64,000 nt of DNA from Sedimentisphaeraceae bacterium JB056 (lineage in GTDB: Bacteria > Planctomycetota > Phycisphaerae > Sedimentisphaerales > Sedimentisphaeraceae): NCBI GenBank assembly GCA_044440125.1, contig JBITAJ010000017.1, positions 102,173 through 166,172 on the forward strand, read 5' to 3'. This document shows positions 48,470-59,958 of this stretch, piece after piece (the first letter of the stretch is position 1; each line of letters starts with the position of its first letter). The notes under the pieces were generated by a model. That model did not search any database. It was not told the DNA's origin and worked only from the letters and a program-made list of their open reading frames with translations. A program made the translations under genes and the position numbers.

Positions 48470-50296
48470 TTATATTTTGATCGCATGTATCATGGTTGCT
48501 GTTTGGGCCGGTGCATGCTCCATGAACGGCAGGAAGAAATTCAGTATCTTCTTGGAATGTTCGCTATACGATTTTTCCTGGGTTATTCTGGCGATCCTAT
48601 TGAGTACTATTGCCATCATTCCGTTTCCCGAAGGTATTGATTTGTCTGCCGGATCCTTTATTCTTGCCAGCAGGTCGGTTTGGGAATTGGATGTATTGAA
48701 AAATGTACCGTTCTCGTTATCCATGAAATACTCAAACAGTATCTCCACCAGTTTAATTGCTTCATCAAGCCATTTCTTGTCACCGGTTGCATCGTGTAAT
48801 TCCAGAAATCCGTAAGCGACAAAGCAGTGGTCGTCAAGGTAGCCGTGAGCCGATGTGCTGCCATCTCTATAACTGTGCAATATGCTGTTGTCTTTTCTCA
48901 TCTTGTCCAGGATAAAGTCTGAGGCATTTATCGCGGCATCAATATATCTGTCTTGCTTGAATTTGCTGCCCGAAAAAGCCATGGCAGCGATGGTAAGTCC
49001 GTTGCTGTTGGCAAGTATCTTATCATCGCAATGCGGCGGTATCCTCTTGTGCCTGCGATCCAGAAGTTTCTTGAGGCAGTCTTCAAGTTCTCTTTCCAGA
49101 TTCTCTGGATAGCTCCTTTTGATTTTCTCAATTGATTGCGGCAGATACGCAATGTTCTGATCCGTTTTCTCTCCCGTGGCTTCTTCGTAATAATTGCCTT
49201 CCTTTTTAATGCCGTAGATATCAGCGAAGAGCTTTCCTTTATCAGGACCTAAGATTTCGATTATCTCATCAAATTTCCAGAGGTAATATTTGCCTTCCTG
49301 ACCTTCACTGTCGGCATCAAAGGCCGAGTAGAAGCCGCCGTCATCGCTAACCATATCTCTAAGCAGCCAGTCCAGTGTCTCTTCTGCTATTTGTCTGTAT
49401 CGGTTGTTTTCTGTTACCAGATAAGCTTCCGCATATACTTTCGATAGCTGGGCGTTGTCGTAGAGCATCTTTTCAAAGTGAGGCAGGAACCATTTCGCAT
49501 CAGTTGAGTATCGATGAAAGCCGCCGCCTATATGATCGTATATCCCGCCATTGGCCATTGAGTCAAGTGTTGTTGTCAATATTTTCAGAATATTTTGATT
49601 GCCTGTTTTATCGTACTGGTCTGTAAGAAGTGACAGGATTTGATGAGGTGGGAATTTCGGTGAGGTTCCGAAGCCTCCGTTATCTTTGTCATAACTTTCG
49701 TATATCTTATTGATTCCGGTTTCCACAAGGGTTCTGTTTAATTTTGCTTCTGTTGGTATCTCTGGCTTTGCCGCCGCCGTTTGTTGTATGGCATTGGTTA
49801 AATCTTCAGCCTGTTTTAGAAGTTCTTTGCGGTTTTCATTCCACAATTCAGCTATTCTGCGAAGTATGCTCTTGAAACCAATCATACCTTGTGAATCCTC
49901 ACGGGGAAAATAGGTTCCGGCATAGAATGGTTTCCTGTCGGTAGTCAACCACAACGAATTCGGCCAGCCGCCTCTTTGAGTGATCAACGAGGTAGCCATC
50001 ATATATATGTCATCGATCTCCGGCATTTCCTCACGATCGACTTTTATCGAAACGAAATGTTCATTAAGTATCTCGGCGACATCCTCATGCTCAAAGTCTT
50101 CACGTTCCATTACATGGCACCAGTGACAGGTAGAATAGCCGACCGACAGGAATATGGGTTTGTCTTCTTTGGAAGCCTTTTCGAAAGCCTCATTACACCA
50201 CGGATACCAGTCGACAGGATTATGCGCATGCTGAAGCAAGTACGGGCTTTTCTCTTTTATGAGACGATTTGTGTATTTGTAATTATGAGCGGTCAT
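48470..50296 (-). CDS. Thioredoxin-domain protein YyaL/SSP411 (DUF255) family
   Basis: [60 protein letters not shown]. Confidence 0.93.
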   Translation of the reverse strand: MTAHNYKYTNRLIKEKSPYLLQHAHNPVDWYPWCNEAFEKASKEDKPIFLSVGYSTCHWCHVMEREDFEHEDVAEILNEHFVSIKVDREEMPEIDDIYMMATSLITQRGGWPNSLWLTTDRKPFYAGTYFPREDSQGMIGFKSILRRIAELWNENRKELLKQAEDLTNAIQQTAAAKPEIPTEAKLNRTLVETGINKIYESYDKDNGGFGTSPKFPPHQILSLLTDQYDKTGNQNILKILTTTLDSMANGGIYDHIGGGFHRYSTDAKWFLPHFEKMLYDNAQLSKVYAEAYLVTENNRYRQIAEETLDWLLRDMVSDDGGFYSAFDADSEGQEGKYYLWKFDEIIEILGPDKGKLFADIYGIKKEGNYYEEATGEKTDQNIAYLPQSIEKIKRSYPENLERELEDCLKKLLDRRHKRIPPHCDDKILANSNGLTIAAMAFSGSKFKQDRYIDAAINASDFILDKMRKDNSILHSYRDGSTSAHGYLDDHCFVAYGFLELHDATGDKKWLDEAIKLVEILFEYFMDNENGTFFNTSNSQTDLLARIKDPADKSIPSGNGMMAIVLNRIARITQEKSYSEHSKKILNFFLPFMEHAPAQTATMIHAIKI

Positions 50297-50445
50297 TTTT
50301 CTCCCTTTATCCCAAAATTTTCTTCTCTTAATTACAGTGTAACATTTATAGAAATATAGTCAAAGATATATTTTAAACTTACACTCTACCAAATCGTATC
50401 TTAGCTTGTTTAACGTATTCCAAGCACCTCGCCGGAAATGAATAA

Positions 50446-51339
50446 TTAGATCTGTTTCATTTTTTCAATTCCCTGCCGCGGGGTTTGGAAAATATCACCG
50501 AATGTGTGCAGAGCTTTTTCTATCGACATAGAGCAATCTTCCGGACGGTGATAGTTGAACATTGCCTGCTCCATATTTACCGGCTTTATGCTGTTTTTGT
50601 CCAGGTTGAATGTTTCCGCTAATAACAGGCCGAATTCATAACGGCTCATTCGCTGCGGGCCTCCTATATTGTATATTCCCTGAGCATCATCACGACTTGC
50701 CATCTGAAGCAGTACATTGCACAAATCTTCAAGATATACAGGCGAGCGGTATTCGTTTGAAAACAAACCCATTGCTTCACCACCCTCTGCCATTCGATTC
50801 AGCATAAGCTCAGCGAAACACTTCTTGCGGCTTAAACTTCTGCCGTAGATCAGAGCAATTCTGGCGATGCTGTAATTCGAACATAATGAGGCGGTGAGCT
50901 TCTCTGCTTCAAGTTTTGTTTGCCCATAATAGCAGGAAGGTTCGGCGATATCATCTTCGGAGTAATTGCTTTCACTGCCGCTGTAAACCAGATCGGTTGA
51001 AGTGAACACCATCTTTGCTCCGCATTTCTGGGCGGCAAGGGCTACATTCTCCGTTCCCACTATATTGACCTGTGATGCAAGATGCCTGTCACTGCTACAG
51101 AAAGCTAAATCTGCTATTGCCGCGGTATGAATAATTGCCGATGGCGACACTGAACATATCACTTCCTCCATCCGGGATCGATTGGTAATGTCAACGTCTA
51201 TGACTTTGCATAAGCTTCTCTGCTCAACGCAGGACTGGTGGCAAGTAGCAAACACATCCCAGTCAGATGCAGAGGCGATTAATGCGGAGGCCAAAAAGCC
51301 GCTGCCGCCGGTTATCAATAATTTAGGTCGAGTAGACAT
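50446..51339 (-). CDS. RmlD-like SDR oxidoreductase (dTDP-4-dehydrorhamnose reductase family)
   Basis: TGGSGFL, HTAA, STDLVY, YGQTK. Confidence 0.85.
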   Translation of the reverse strand: MSTRPKLLITGGSGFLASALIASASDWDVFATCHQSCVEQRSLCKVIDVDITNRSRMEEVICSVSPSAIIHTAAIADLAFCSSDRHLASQVNIVGTENVALAAQKCGAKMVFTSTDLVYSGSESNYSEDDIAEPSCYYGQTKLEAEKLTASLCSNYSIARIALIYGRSLSRKKCFAELMLNRMAEGGEAMGLFSNEYRSPVYLEDLCNVLLQMASRDDAQGIYNIGGPQRMSRYEFGLLLAETFNLDKNSIKPVNMEQAMFNYHRPEDCSMSIEKALHTFGDIFQTPRQGIEKMKQI

Positions 51340-51464
51340 AATAAATCCATTTGATTCAAATTCGTAAAATATCTGTTATCTTGAGTTTATTCAAAGTAGT
51401 TTTTCTTTTGATATCAGTGTAGTATTTATCAGAAGATAGTCAAACGGTTATTACGAAGCTTTTT

Positions 51465-52100
51465 TCAATAGCCTGTGTTTCTTCTGTATTTAACTATATC
51501 TTCTACTGTAAGCCAGGGGTAGTTATGTTCTTTTGCGAATTTAATAACCGTTTCAAGTCTTGACATAGTGCCGTCTTCATTCGTTAGTTCACATAAGACT
51601 CCGCAAGGTTTGAGGCCTGATAGTTTCATCAAATCGACAGTTGCTTCAGTATGCCCTTCACGAGCAAGCGTTCCTCCATCCTGTGCTCTGAGAGGGAATA
51701 CGTGTCCCGGTCTTCGCAGGTCTGATGGTTTGGCTTTATCTTTTGAAGCGGCTCTGACAGTTGCCGTTCTGTCCGCGGCAGATACTCCCGTTGTTACTCC
51801 TTCTGCGGCTTCTATGGAAACCGTGAACGCAGTGCCTTGGGTATTTGTGTTGTGTTTTGCCATTAGCGGCAGTTCTAACTGGTCAGCTTTTTCGTTAGTT
51901 AGGCAGAGGCATACAATCCCGCTGCAGTAGCGGATCAGTTTTGTCATTTGTTCTATTGATAATGTTTCTGCTGGAAAAATCAAGTCGCCTTCATTTTCTC
52001 TGCCGGCATCGTCTGTTACTACTACGCCGCTTCCGCTTCGAAGTGAAGAGATTGCTTTTTCAATACGCTTGAAAGAATCTGTTGTTTCAAATCCTGCCAT
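51465..52100 (-). CDS. ribB: 3,4-dihydroxy-2-butanone-4-phosphate synthase
   Basis: [45 protein letters not shown] aaaggt, ATG at 52100; FMN riboswitch upstream. Confidence 0.96.
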   Translation of the reverse strand: MAGFETTDSFKRIEKAISSLRSGSGVVVTDDAGRENEGDLIFPAETLSIEQMTKLIRYCSGIVCLCLTNEKADQLELPLMAKHNTNTQGTAFTVSIEAAEGVTTGVSAADRTATVRAASKDKAKPSDLRRPGHVFPLRAQDGGTLAREGHTEATVDLMKLSGLKPCGVLCELTNEDGTMSRLETVIKFAKEHNYPWLTVEDIVKYRRNTGY

Positions 52101-52195
52101 GATAAAATACCTTTCCGAGTTTTCAACGATTTCTATTAAACTGGTGGGCGAAGAAAACAAAAGCCTCTTCGTTAGAAATGGTATCTAAGGCAATT

Positions 52196-52330
52196 GATTC
52201 TCTTTCTTCCGGACTATGACCGTCGGCTCTGGAATCTAACCAGATCTGCTGACCCTGTTACGCAGGCGCTCGCGGGCTTTCTCTGATAGAGATTACCGCC
52301 GGTGGGGATTTACACCCCGCCCTGAGAATA
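52196..52330 (-). ncRNA. FMN riboswitch (RFN element)
   Basis: Minus strand reads attctcagggcggggtgtaaatccccaccggcggtaa...agcccgcgagcg...gtcagcagatctggttagattccagagccgacggtcatagtccggaagaaagagaa, upstream of ribB. Confidence 0.97.
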
Positions 52331-52489
52331 TGATTCTATTATAGAAACTAATGAGATATTTTCCAGAACAACATACTAAATTTACAAACATAAAATTGTT
52401 TTTTAGTATCTTTTTCTGCCTGACAATGAAACTTGACCAATTTTCGCTGTAGAAAGAATAATCATACGGAGGTTAAATCTACATAAAAC

Positions 52490-53740
52490 TTATCCTTTAA
52501 CTTTCGTGTGTATCTCTGATTTGGTGTTTGCGGTTTGGGCTGTTGTTTTAGTTTGAAACAAATCTCCAAAATGCTTAAAATCGACACTTGTCAGAGTTGT
52601 TGTGCCACTATGGTAATATCCCTTCAGCATGCCCATAAGATTACTTACGAGCATTTTACCTGTATTTTTGAAATTATCAATAAGCACCATCAAATCAAGC
52701 CCGTCTGCAACACCTCGCAATTCAACATTGATTGCAAGGTTGCTTATAGACACAACCTTAAACTTGCGTAAAAGTTCATAACCTTCCGGTCCTGTATGGT
52801 TAAGGTAGTTGAGCAGCTGAAACCCGTTGGTGAATATCACTCCGGTGTTGTCTGGTAAATGGCATAGCCTGCTGTGAATTCGTTGACTTGCCTTTTTGTC
52901 CTCATTGAGATTGATGTCCACTTCAATATTTGAATCGATATCGTTATGTTCAAATGCTCTTTGAATACCTGATCTCAACATTTTGGGATAAAATTGACAA
53001 TCAAAATCATTATGAGCTGTATTGAAATCAAAATGGCTGAAAATGAGCAAATTACTAATGCTGTTCTGAGAAAAATACTGACCTGTCTTATAACCGGCAC
53101 TGTCATAATCGGTGTCAATACTCGATCTGTCATCATTAAACTGGCCACGCCTTCTGAATATAGTTTTAATTCCATGCTGATCAAGAACATCAAAAACAGT
53201 TTTGTCTTGCGGCAAACTGTTATGGCTCCAGATAAGACCATTACATCTATATGCCTTGAGTACATCGCATATCTCGCTGGCAGTCATGTTAATGATTTCA
53301 TCAGGTAAAACCACAGCCGCCACACCAAGTCTGGTACATTCGTTAGTTATGCCTTCGGCTGTTTCAACGCAGTAACGAACCCCTGAATCAACTTTTTGCA
53401 CAAGCCCTATAACGCCAATTGTTTCAAATCGTTTAGGTAAAGATGTTTTATTTTCTACCTCTGCCGTAGGATTGGAATCCATAATTATCTCAACGGCATC
53501 TTCGCAAATAACAGTGCCAAGTTTCGGAGTGCATTTAACGATATCCTCCTGCTCAAGCCGTTTCATTGCCTGACGAACCGTGTGTGGGCCAACACCAACA
53601 CTTTTAACAATCTCTTTTGTTGTAGGAATCTTTTCTCCAGATGCAAGAGTGCCGTTAGCTATTTTGTCTTTTACAAATTTAGCCATCTGCAAACTAACCG
53701 GCTGACCACAGCCTCTATCTATTGTAAGTTCACTGAACAT
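52490..53740 (-). CDS. GntR-family regulator with C-terminal periplasmic-binding-like (LacI-type) effector domain
   Basis: N-terminal GEKIPT..EI....GV...TVRQA...LEQE winged HTH; D.DY..AG effector-domain motif. Confidence 0.75.
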   Translation of the reverse strand: MFSELTIDRGCGQPVSLQMAKFVKDKIANGTLASGEKIPTTKEIVKSVGVGPHTVRQAMKRLEQEDIVKCTPKLGTVICEDAVEIIMDSNPTAEVENKTSLPKRFETIGVIGLVQKVDSGVRYCVETAEGITNECTRLGVAAVVLPDEIINMTASEICDVLKAYRCNGLIWSHNSLPQDKTVFDVLDQHGIKTIFRRRGQFNDDRSSIDTDYDSAGYKTGQYFSQNSISNLLIFSHFDFNTAHNDFDCQFYPKMLRSGIQRAFEHNDIDSNIEVDINLNEDKKASQRIHSRLCHLPDNTGVIFTNGFQLLNYLNHTGPEGYELLRKFKVVSISNLAINVELRGVADGLDLMVLIDNFKNTGKMLVSNLMGMLKGYYHSGTTTLTSVDFKHFGDLFQTKTTAQTANTKSEIHTKVKG

Positions 53741-53773
53741 ATATAACCTCTAATCACCCAATACTTCATTTTA

Positions 53774-55630
53774 TTATCGTCTTCTGCGGGATCTTTTTTG
53801 TGGAGCAAACGCTTGCTTTTGTCTTGCTATCGACTGTATCCTCGCCAGCAGTTTGTGCTTCCCCTTACTTCTGAGCAGGTCTGCGAAGAGCCTTATGTTC
53901 TCCTGCCTGTAATATTGCAGAAGTGCGGCCTGAAGCTTCTTCGCTTTATGCCCTTTGGCGGTGTACAGCTTCTTACCGCCGGCACTGCTCTGGGCAACAT
54001 ACATGGCTGTCGACAGTGAAAGCGGTGAAGGCGTAAAATCCTGCACCTGTCGCGGCTGCCAGTTTCTTCCGACAAGATATTCAGTAAGAGCAATTGCATC
54101 ATCATCGCTGCATCCCGGATGCGAGCTGATGAAATACGGTACAAGATACTGCTGCTTGCCGCACTTATTACTCTCTCTCTCGAAGTTTCTCTCAAACTTT
54201 TCAAAACCGCTGAACGAAGGCTTGCCCATTTGCTGCAATACATTATCGCAGTAGTGTTCCGGGGCCACTTTCAAATGCCCGCCTGTAAATTCACGGCAAA
54301 GCAGTGAGATATATTCAGGACTCAGATTGGCCAAATCGAATCTTACGCCTGATGCTATGAAAGCGTGCGTTTTCTTCTTGCGGAGTTTTTTCCACCTTAC
54401 TACTTCTGTCATTAGCTTAAGCATCTGGCCGTGATCGGTCTTCAGTTGCTTACATATGTTCGGATACAGGCAGCTTGGGCGGTTGCAGATGTCCTTTCTT
54501 GAACATCCCATTCCATACATATTAGCGCTTGGACCTCCGATATCATGAACTGTACCTTTGAAGTCAGAGTGGGCATCGAAGGAATCAAGCTCTTTCAATA
54601 TGTTTTCTATTGACCGGCTGCTTATCTGCTTGCCCTGATGGAAATATATCGAGCAGAAAGAACATCCTCCAAAACAGCCTCGATGTGTAGTTACTGAAAA
54701 CTTCACCGGTTCAAGAGCCGGTATTCCGCCTTTGTCATTATATTTTGGATGCCAACATCTCGTGAATGGAAGGTCGTATATCTGATCCATCTCTTCGGTG
54801 GTCAAAGCTCTTGCCGGCGGCATTACTACTATTTGTCCGGGATCCTGATCCTGAACAACAGCCATGCCGTTAGGTACGCATTGCCGCTGATATTCGATCT
54901 GAGAATCTAACGTAAGTTGAGGGTTTTTCTGCTGTTTTTCAAGTGAAGGCAGCACGATGAATTTTGTCGGCAGGGCAGTGTCTTTGCGTACAGGGAAGGC
55001 TGTTCCATGTATGCCGGTGATATTCTCTACTGGTTCTCCATTCTTGAGCCTTCTGGCGATTTCTGCTATTGCCAGCTCACCCATGCCATGCACGAGTATA
55101 TCTGCTTTCGCATCAGTAAGTACGCTTCGTTTTATTTTGTCTTCGATATAATCGTAATGTACAAGTCGGCGAAGAGAGGCCTCAAGCCCGCCGAGAATTA
55201 TCGGTACATCATTGAATGCTTCCTTCGCTCTTGCTGCGAATGTAAGAAGCGGTTTGTCGGGGCGATTGCCTGTTTGTCCGCTTGGTGAGTAAAGGTCTTC
55301 ATTTCTCTTGTGCCCAAGAGAGGCGTAGTTATTCAGCCGACTGTCGACAGCACCGGATGTTATCGCAAAAAACAGATTCGGTTTGCCAAGTGACTTGAAG
55401 TCATCGGCGCTCTTCCAGTCGGGCTGGTCGAGAATTGCTACTCTGTAGCCAAGGCTTTCAAGATACCTGCCTATAAGAGCGATACCGAATGATGGGTGAT
55501 CCACATATGCATCTGCCGTAACCAGTATTATATCTGCGTGCCGCCAGCCTCGCTTTTTCATTTCCTGCCGTGATGTTGGAAGGAAATTCTTCGGGCTGAT
55601 TCCAGATTGCTTTATTGGTTGAGTACTCAT
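53774..55630 (-). CDS. ygiQ: YgiQ/UPF0313 family radical SAM protein
   Basis: FLPTS..EM..RGW, DAYVDHPSFG, GGLEASLRR, RGCFGGCSFC, GGPSANMY, VAPEH, PYFISSHPG, QVQDFTP; start at 55630. Confidence 0.93.
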   Translation of the reverse strand: MSTQPIKQSGISPKNFLPTSRQEMKKRGWRHADIILVTADAYVDHPSFGIALIGRYLESLGYRVAILDQPDWKSADDFKSLGKPNLFFAITSGAVDSRLNNYASLGHKRNEDLYSPSGQTGNRPDKPLLTFAARAKEAFNDVPIILGGLEASLRRLVHYDYIEDKIKRSVLTDAKADILVHGMGELAIAEIARRLKNGEPVENITGIHGTAFPVRKDTALPTKFIVLPSLEKQQKNPQLTLDSQIEYQRQCVPNGMAVVQDQDPGQIVVMPPARALTTEEMDQIYDLPFTRCWHPKYNDKGGIPALEPVKFSVTTHRGCFGGCSFCSIYFHQGKQISSRSIENILKELDSFDAHSDFKGTVHDIGGPSANMYGMGCSRKDICNRPSCLYPNICKQLKTDHGQMLKLMTEVVRWKKLRKKKTHAFIASGVRFDLANLSPEYISLLCREFTGGHLKVAPEHYCDNVLQQMGKPSFSGFEKFERNFERESNKCGKQQYLVPYFISSHPGCSDDDAIALTEYLVGRNWQPRQVQDFTPSPLSLSTAMYVAQSSAGGKKLYTAKGHKAKKLQAALLQYYRQENIRLFADLLRSKGKHKLLARIQSIARQKQAFAPQKRSRRRR

Positions 55631-55631
55631 T

Positions 55632-58118
55632 TTAATCCTGAGCAGTAAAAGTGAATTCACTGCCTTTGGGGCCGCTGAAAGTCTGAACTTGGTTATTGTA
55701 AACAACCTTGCAGTCGTTTCCGTTTAGTGAGAGCAGACGTGCCTTTGTAAGTTTACCGCCAGCCCATTCGATATCTATCTCAAAGCCGCCGCGTGCGCGA
55801 AGGCCTTTTATGCTGCCGCTTGGCCAGTACGATGGCAGGGCAGGAAGAAGCTCTATAAAGCCCGCATGGCTTTGCATCAGCATCTCGGCGATTCCAGCAC
55901 AAGCTCCGAAGTTTCCATCTATCTGAAAAGGTGGATGCGCATCAAACATATTAGCGTACAAACCCGCTCCTCCTGTCATGCAGATTTCATCCTTGCTTTC
56001 TCTGCTGCTGACTAAAGTGAAAAGATTTTGCAGTATTTTGTATGCCCTGTCGCCATCTTTGAGTCTTGCCCAGGCATTCATCTTCCATCCCATCGACCAG
56101 CCTGTGGCCTCATCTCCACGAAGCTCAAGCGTTTTCTTACAAGCTTCAAAAACCTCAGGTGTCTGCTCGGTTATCTGATTGGAAGGGTGCAGGCCGTAGA
56201 GATGTGAAAAATGTCTGTGATGAGGTTCGTACTGTTCGAAGTCTTTGCTCCATTCCTGCAAGCCGCCATCTTTGCTTATTTGGAAGGGCAGTATACGGGA
56301 AAGTTTGTTTTCAAGCTCTTGCCTGAATTTCGCATCGATATCAAGTGTCACAGCGGCTTCAATACAGCTCTTGAAGAGTTCTCTTATTATAGCCATATCC
56401 ATTGTCGAACCCATTGATACGCTGCTGATTTTTTTCTCACCATTATCGTTATAGTAAAATTTATTTTCAGGAGATGTAGATGCCGGTGTTACAAGGTATC
56501 CGTTATCATCTTCGACAAGCCAGTCAGCATAAAACAATGCGGCTTGACTCATTAATGGATACGCCTTGTTTGCAAGAAAAGTTCTGTCTGCCGTATAAAG
56601 GTAGTGCTGCCATAGGTGTGAACATAGCCAGCCGCTGCCCATTGGCCACGATGCAAAAAGAGGTTCGAAATCTATTGGCTGGGCACATCGCCAGTGATCA
56701 GTATTATGATGAGCTACCCAGCCTCGCCTATTGTACATGCTTTGTGCAACTCTGCGTCCATCCACTGCCAGCTCTTCAATTAATTTGAATAAAGGCTCGT
56801 GGCATTCACTTAGATTAGTGACTTCGGCGGGCCAATAGTTCATTTGCGTGTTGATGTTTATCGTGTATTCTCCTGACCATGGCGGCATTACGCTGTTGGA
56901 CCAGATGCCCTGTAAGTTTAACGGTTGAGTGCCTTCGCGTGATCCGGCAATCATAAGATATCTTCCAAACTGGAATAACAGAACGGCAAGTGAAGGGTCT
57001 TTTCCGTTCTTGAAGGCATCAATACGTTTGTCTGTAGTCAGTAAGATCTGCCGGCTATCACCCTGCGGGAGTTCGAATGTTACACGATCGAAGAGTTTTC
57101 TATAGTCTTTCAAATGCCTCTCAGATAATTTGTCATACCCTAATTGCATCGCGTTATTTAAGTCAGATGAAGCTTTGAGTGTCGGGTCGACACTTTCACG
57201 TGAAGGGCTTTTGTCAAAACCGTTGTAGCTGGTGTCGGCTGAAATAATTAGTACTGCTTCGTCCGCATTAATTATACGGCAGCAATCCTTTTCGAACTTA
57301 AGTTCACCGCCTTTAAGTTTAATGCCGACTTTTGCTTGGAATTTAGCACCCAGCCCGTCGGCTTCTTTGCCGTACATTACGTTTTTGACGTTTTCTTTGA
57401 GTTTGTTGTCTTTGTCGAATAGCTCAGGATATTTCCACTGATCATTTTGTTCAATTATCCAGTCGATTTCACGACGTATTGCAATGCCGGGTATCTGGCC
57501 ATTCATTATTATCGCAGATGTATTTGCGTCTGAAATAATTTCTTTTGTAGGATGCAGGGAATCAAATGCGGTTGTGAAACTCAGCTTTCCAGGTTTTGAT
57601 CCGATAAGTTTGACTACTATTACATCGTCAGGATAGCTGGCAAAAATTTCACGAGTGAATTTAGTGTCGTTTTGTTCATATTCAACTTTAGTCACTGCAT
57701 TTGAAATATCAAGTGAGCGTTTATAATTACTGACAGGTGATTTTGAATCAAATTCAAGTTTCAGTTCTCCCATCATCTGGTAGCAGCCCTGTGATCTGCC
57801 CAGCCATTTATCTCGCATGATATCTTCGGCTTCGCGGTATCGCCCGTTTCTAATAAGTTCGAAGACTTTTTTACTGTCTTTTGTTATGTCAATATCGATT
57901 GTCCTTTGTCCGGGTTCATCTGAACAGAGAGTGTCTTCGTTAAGCTTTATAGTCTCTATGTTGGTTCCGCCGTAAACCATGCCGCCCATACGTCCGTTAC
58001 CTATGGGCAAAGCTTCTGTCCATTCTGTCGCAGGCTCGTCATACCATAAAACAAGATTGTTTGAAAATAAAGATGTAGTCATAAACGTCAATACTAAAAT
58101 TGTGAATTTTAATCTCAT
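55632..58118 (-). CDS. Glycoside hydrolase family 95 (alpha-L-fucosidase-like)
   Basis: LWYDEPA..W.EALPIGNGRMG, QFGRYL, NINTQMNYW, SPEN, HRHFSHL, TGWS, PFQIDGNFG, GLRARGG. Confidence 0.95.
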   Translation of the reverse strand: MRLKFTILVLTFMTTSLFSNNLVLWYDEPATEWTEALPIGNGRMGGMVYGGTNIETIKLNEDTLCSDEPGQRTIDIDITKDSKKVFELIRNGRYREAEDIMRDKWLGRSQGCYQMMGELKLEFDSKSPVSNYKRSLDISNAVTKVEYEQNDTKFTREIFASYPDDVIVVKLIGSKPGKLSFTTAFDSLHPTKEIISDANTSAIIMNGQIPGIAIRREIDWIIEQNDQWKYPELFDKDNKLKENVKNVMYGKEADGLGAKFQAKVGIKLKGGELKFEKDCCRIINADEAVLIISADTSYNGFDKSPSRESVDPTLKASSDLNNAMQLGYDKLSERHLKDYRKLFDRVTFELPQGDSRQILLTTDKRIDAFKNGKDPSLAVLLFQFGRYLMIAGSREGTQPLNLQGIWSNSVMPPWSGEYTININTQMNYWPAEVTNLSECHEPLFKLIEELAVDGRRVAQSMYNRRGWVAHHNTDHWRCAQPIDFEPLFASWPMGSGWLCSHLWQHYLYTADRTFLANKAYPLMSQAALFYADWLVEDDNGYLVTPASTSPENKFYYNDNGEKKISSVSMGSTMDMAIIRELFKSCIEAAVTLDIDAKFRQELENKLSRILPFQISKDGGLQEWSKDFEQYEPHHRHFSHLYGLHPSNQITEQTPEVFEACKKTLELRGDEATGWSMGWKMNAWARLKDGDRAYKILQNLFTLVSSRESKDEICMTGGAGLYANMFDAHPPFQIDGNFGACAGIAEMLMQSHAGFIELLPALPSYWPSGSIKGLRARGGFEIDIEWAGGKLTKARLLSLNGNDCKVVYNNQVQTFSGPKGSEFTFTAQD

Positions 58119-58122
58119 CTAT

Positions 58123-59925
58123 TTAATATTCGATGAAAAACTCTTTGCGATTTGCTTTCGATTTTACTGAATCAATATCAATACAGAAGCTTGAACCGTT
58201 ATTAATAGCAGTTGTTTCTTTTATGCAATTATTGCCAATATAAAATACTTGTGTTGTAAGTTCATTGTTGATGTCAACTGCTTCTTCATCATCTATCTGG
58301 AATTGGAGCCTGTCCTTGTTGAAAGATATGTTTATTGTAAACCATTTACCGCTTTCTTTCGCAGATATTTTCTTATAGACGTTAGGAGCTGATATATAAA
58401 TATCGCCTGCTCTGCCTGAAGGCATTACTAACTTAGCGGGATACATACTGCCGACTGTAAATAGTGTAAGCTCTCCGGTATCCTGCAATTCTGTTATCTT
58501 CATGCTAAGCGAAATCTCCAGGTTTTCATCGTCCTTTAGTTTCACAGGTTCAATGTCAATAGCCGCTGAAGAGTTTCCTGTAAATATAAGTGCGTTTTTC
58601 TGTCCGTCTTTAGAGGTCGTGGCAAGAGAGTGGTCAAAAGTTTTCTTACGTTTGAGGAAGCCTCCTTCATTAGTTCGAACAAAACTTGTATCGTATGAAC
58701 GCAGGATGTCCTTGCTTCGTGGAAATATGTAGTGTTTGTCTTTTTCGGGCATCTCAACCCAGCTTAAACCTATTGTGGAATTCTGGTCAGTACCGATATT
58801 CTTTGAGTAAATGATGTACAGTCGATTTTCTTTTTCCATTATCTGAGCATGTGATATTTCCTCACCAATTGCAAATGGATAACCTCCGATAAAATCATTT
58901 TCTCCTGTACGGCTAAAGAATACTGCCGGATTGTAACAGAGATTCGGGCCGTTAACTTCAGCAAATATGTCGCCGATAACCATTGCATATTTATCGGAAG
59001 CTAATTGTGTTGATGCGATATTTCCACTGGTTGTCTCAATACCTGCCGCTCTCAAATCAGTAACGAAATCCATGTCGTCTTCAAGCTCGGTTCCCGAACC
59101 TGTAGTTGTCAAGAGTCTTTGCATTGGAGGCAGGTTGTTACGGTAATCAGGGAGAGAGAATACTCTTATCTTCCCATTCTTTTGCTGGTGAATCGCAGTG
59201 TCGCATTGTATCATTGGATTTTCAGGAAGAGATACAGTCCCGCCAAGGCTCCAGTTCTGACCTTCATCTGAGCTGAACATAAATGCAGGTACAGAGAATT
59301 CGGTTCCATTTGTTATCCCGCCTTGACAAAGTCTTACCGGTAAGACTATTTTGCCGCTTCTCAGCTCCACTGGTTTTTGAGTCGGTATCATGTAAAATTT
59401 AGCTTCGCCAATCTCTATTACCTGAAAAATTTTCGCTGAGTACCAAAGTTTTGAACCGGCTTCAAGAACACTCTTGTATAGCCCTGCATTTGTTTTCTCG
59501 CTCGGTAATCCGTCAACGCACCAGAAGCACCATAATTCTTTATCGTTGTAATTGTAGAGGACGGGGTATCCCTGTTTTTCTTCTGATATAACTGAAGGTA
59601 CAGTAGGGTTGATGGATTGTCTTATGAGGAAGTCGGTAGGTTTCGACCAGTTTATAAGGTTCTTGGATGTACTGATATATATACGCCTGCCGGCAACATC
59701 CGCTTTGTTTTCATTGTTTGCCTGCCATGCGGCGTAGAATAGCCCTTCGAAAAACGCTATTGATGGTCGCCCGTTATATGCGAAGCCTCCATCTTTTTGT
59801 GAAGGGCTTACTTTGTAGTCAGCGGTTTGCGGTTTGTACAATTCATAATTGGTGACTTCTTCACAAAAAGCGTTTATAGTGAATATCAATGTTGTCAATA
59901 GGATCACTTTGCTGAAATTTATCAT
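58123..59925 (-). CDS. Secreted BNR/sialidase-like beta-propeller protein with C-terminal beta-sandwich
   Basis: Signal peptide; Asp-box SSDEGQNW, STSKNLINWS, SGKIVLP. Confidence 0.6.
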   Translation of the reverse strand: MINFSKVILLTTLIFTINAFCEEVTNYELYKPQTADYKVSPSQKDGGFAYNGRPSIAFFEGLFYAAWQANNENKADVAGRRIYISTSKNLINWSKPTDFLIRQSINPTVPSVISEEKQGYPVLYNYNDKELWCFWCVDGLPSEKTNAGLYKSVLEAGSKLWYSAKIFQVIEIGEAKFYMIPTQKPVELRSGKIVLPVRLCQGGITNGTEFSVPAFMFSSDEGQNWSLGGTVSLPENPMIQCDTAIHQQKNGKIRVFSLPDYRNNLPPMQRLLTTTGSGTELEDDMDFVTDLRAAGIETTSGNIASTQLASDKYAMVIGDIFAEVNGPNLCYNPAVFFSRTGENDFIGGYPFAIGEEISHAQIMEKENRLYIIYSKNIGTDQNSTIGLSWVEMPEKDKHYIFPRSKDILRSYDTSFVRTNEGGFLKRKKTFDHSLATTSKDGQKNALIFTGNSSAAIDIEPVKLKDDENLEISLSMKITELQDTGELTLFTVGSMYPAKLVMPSGRAGDIYISAPNVYKKISAKESGKWFTINISFNKDRLQFQIDDEEAVDINNELTTQVFYIGNNCIKETTAINNGSSFCIDIDSVKSKANRKEFFIEY

Positions 59926-59958
59926 TTAATGCCTCAAATTTTTGTTGGTTTAATCTGG

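Noticed and set aside
55630..55705. Apparent 74-nt overlap of YgiQ with GH95, and N-terminal extensions of ribB, ccsA, the 36804 ORF and the barrel gene
   Set aside because: Downstream ATGs (55630, 52100, 17507, 36864, 1653) remove the overlaps or extensions, most with a clear RBS
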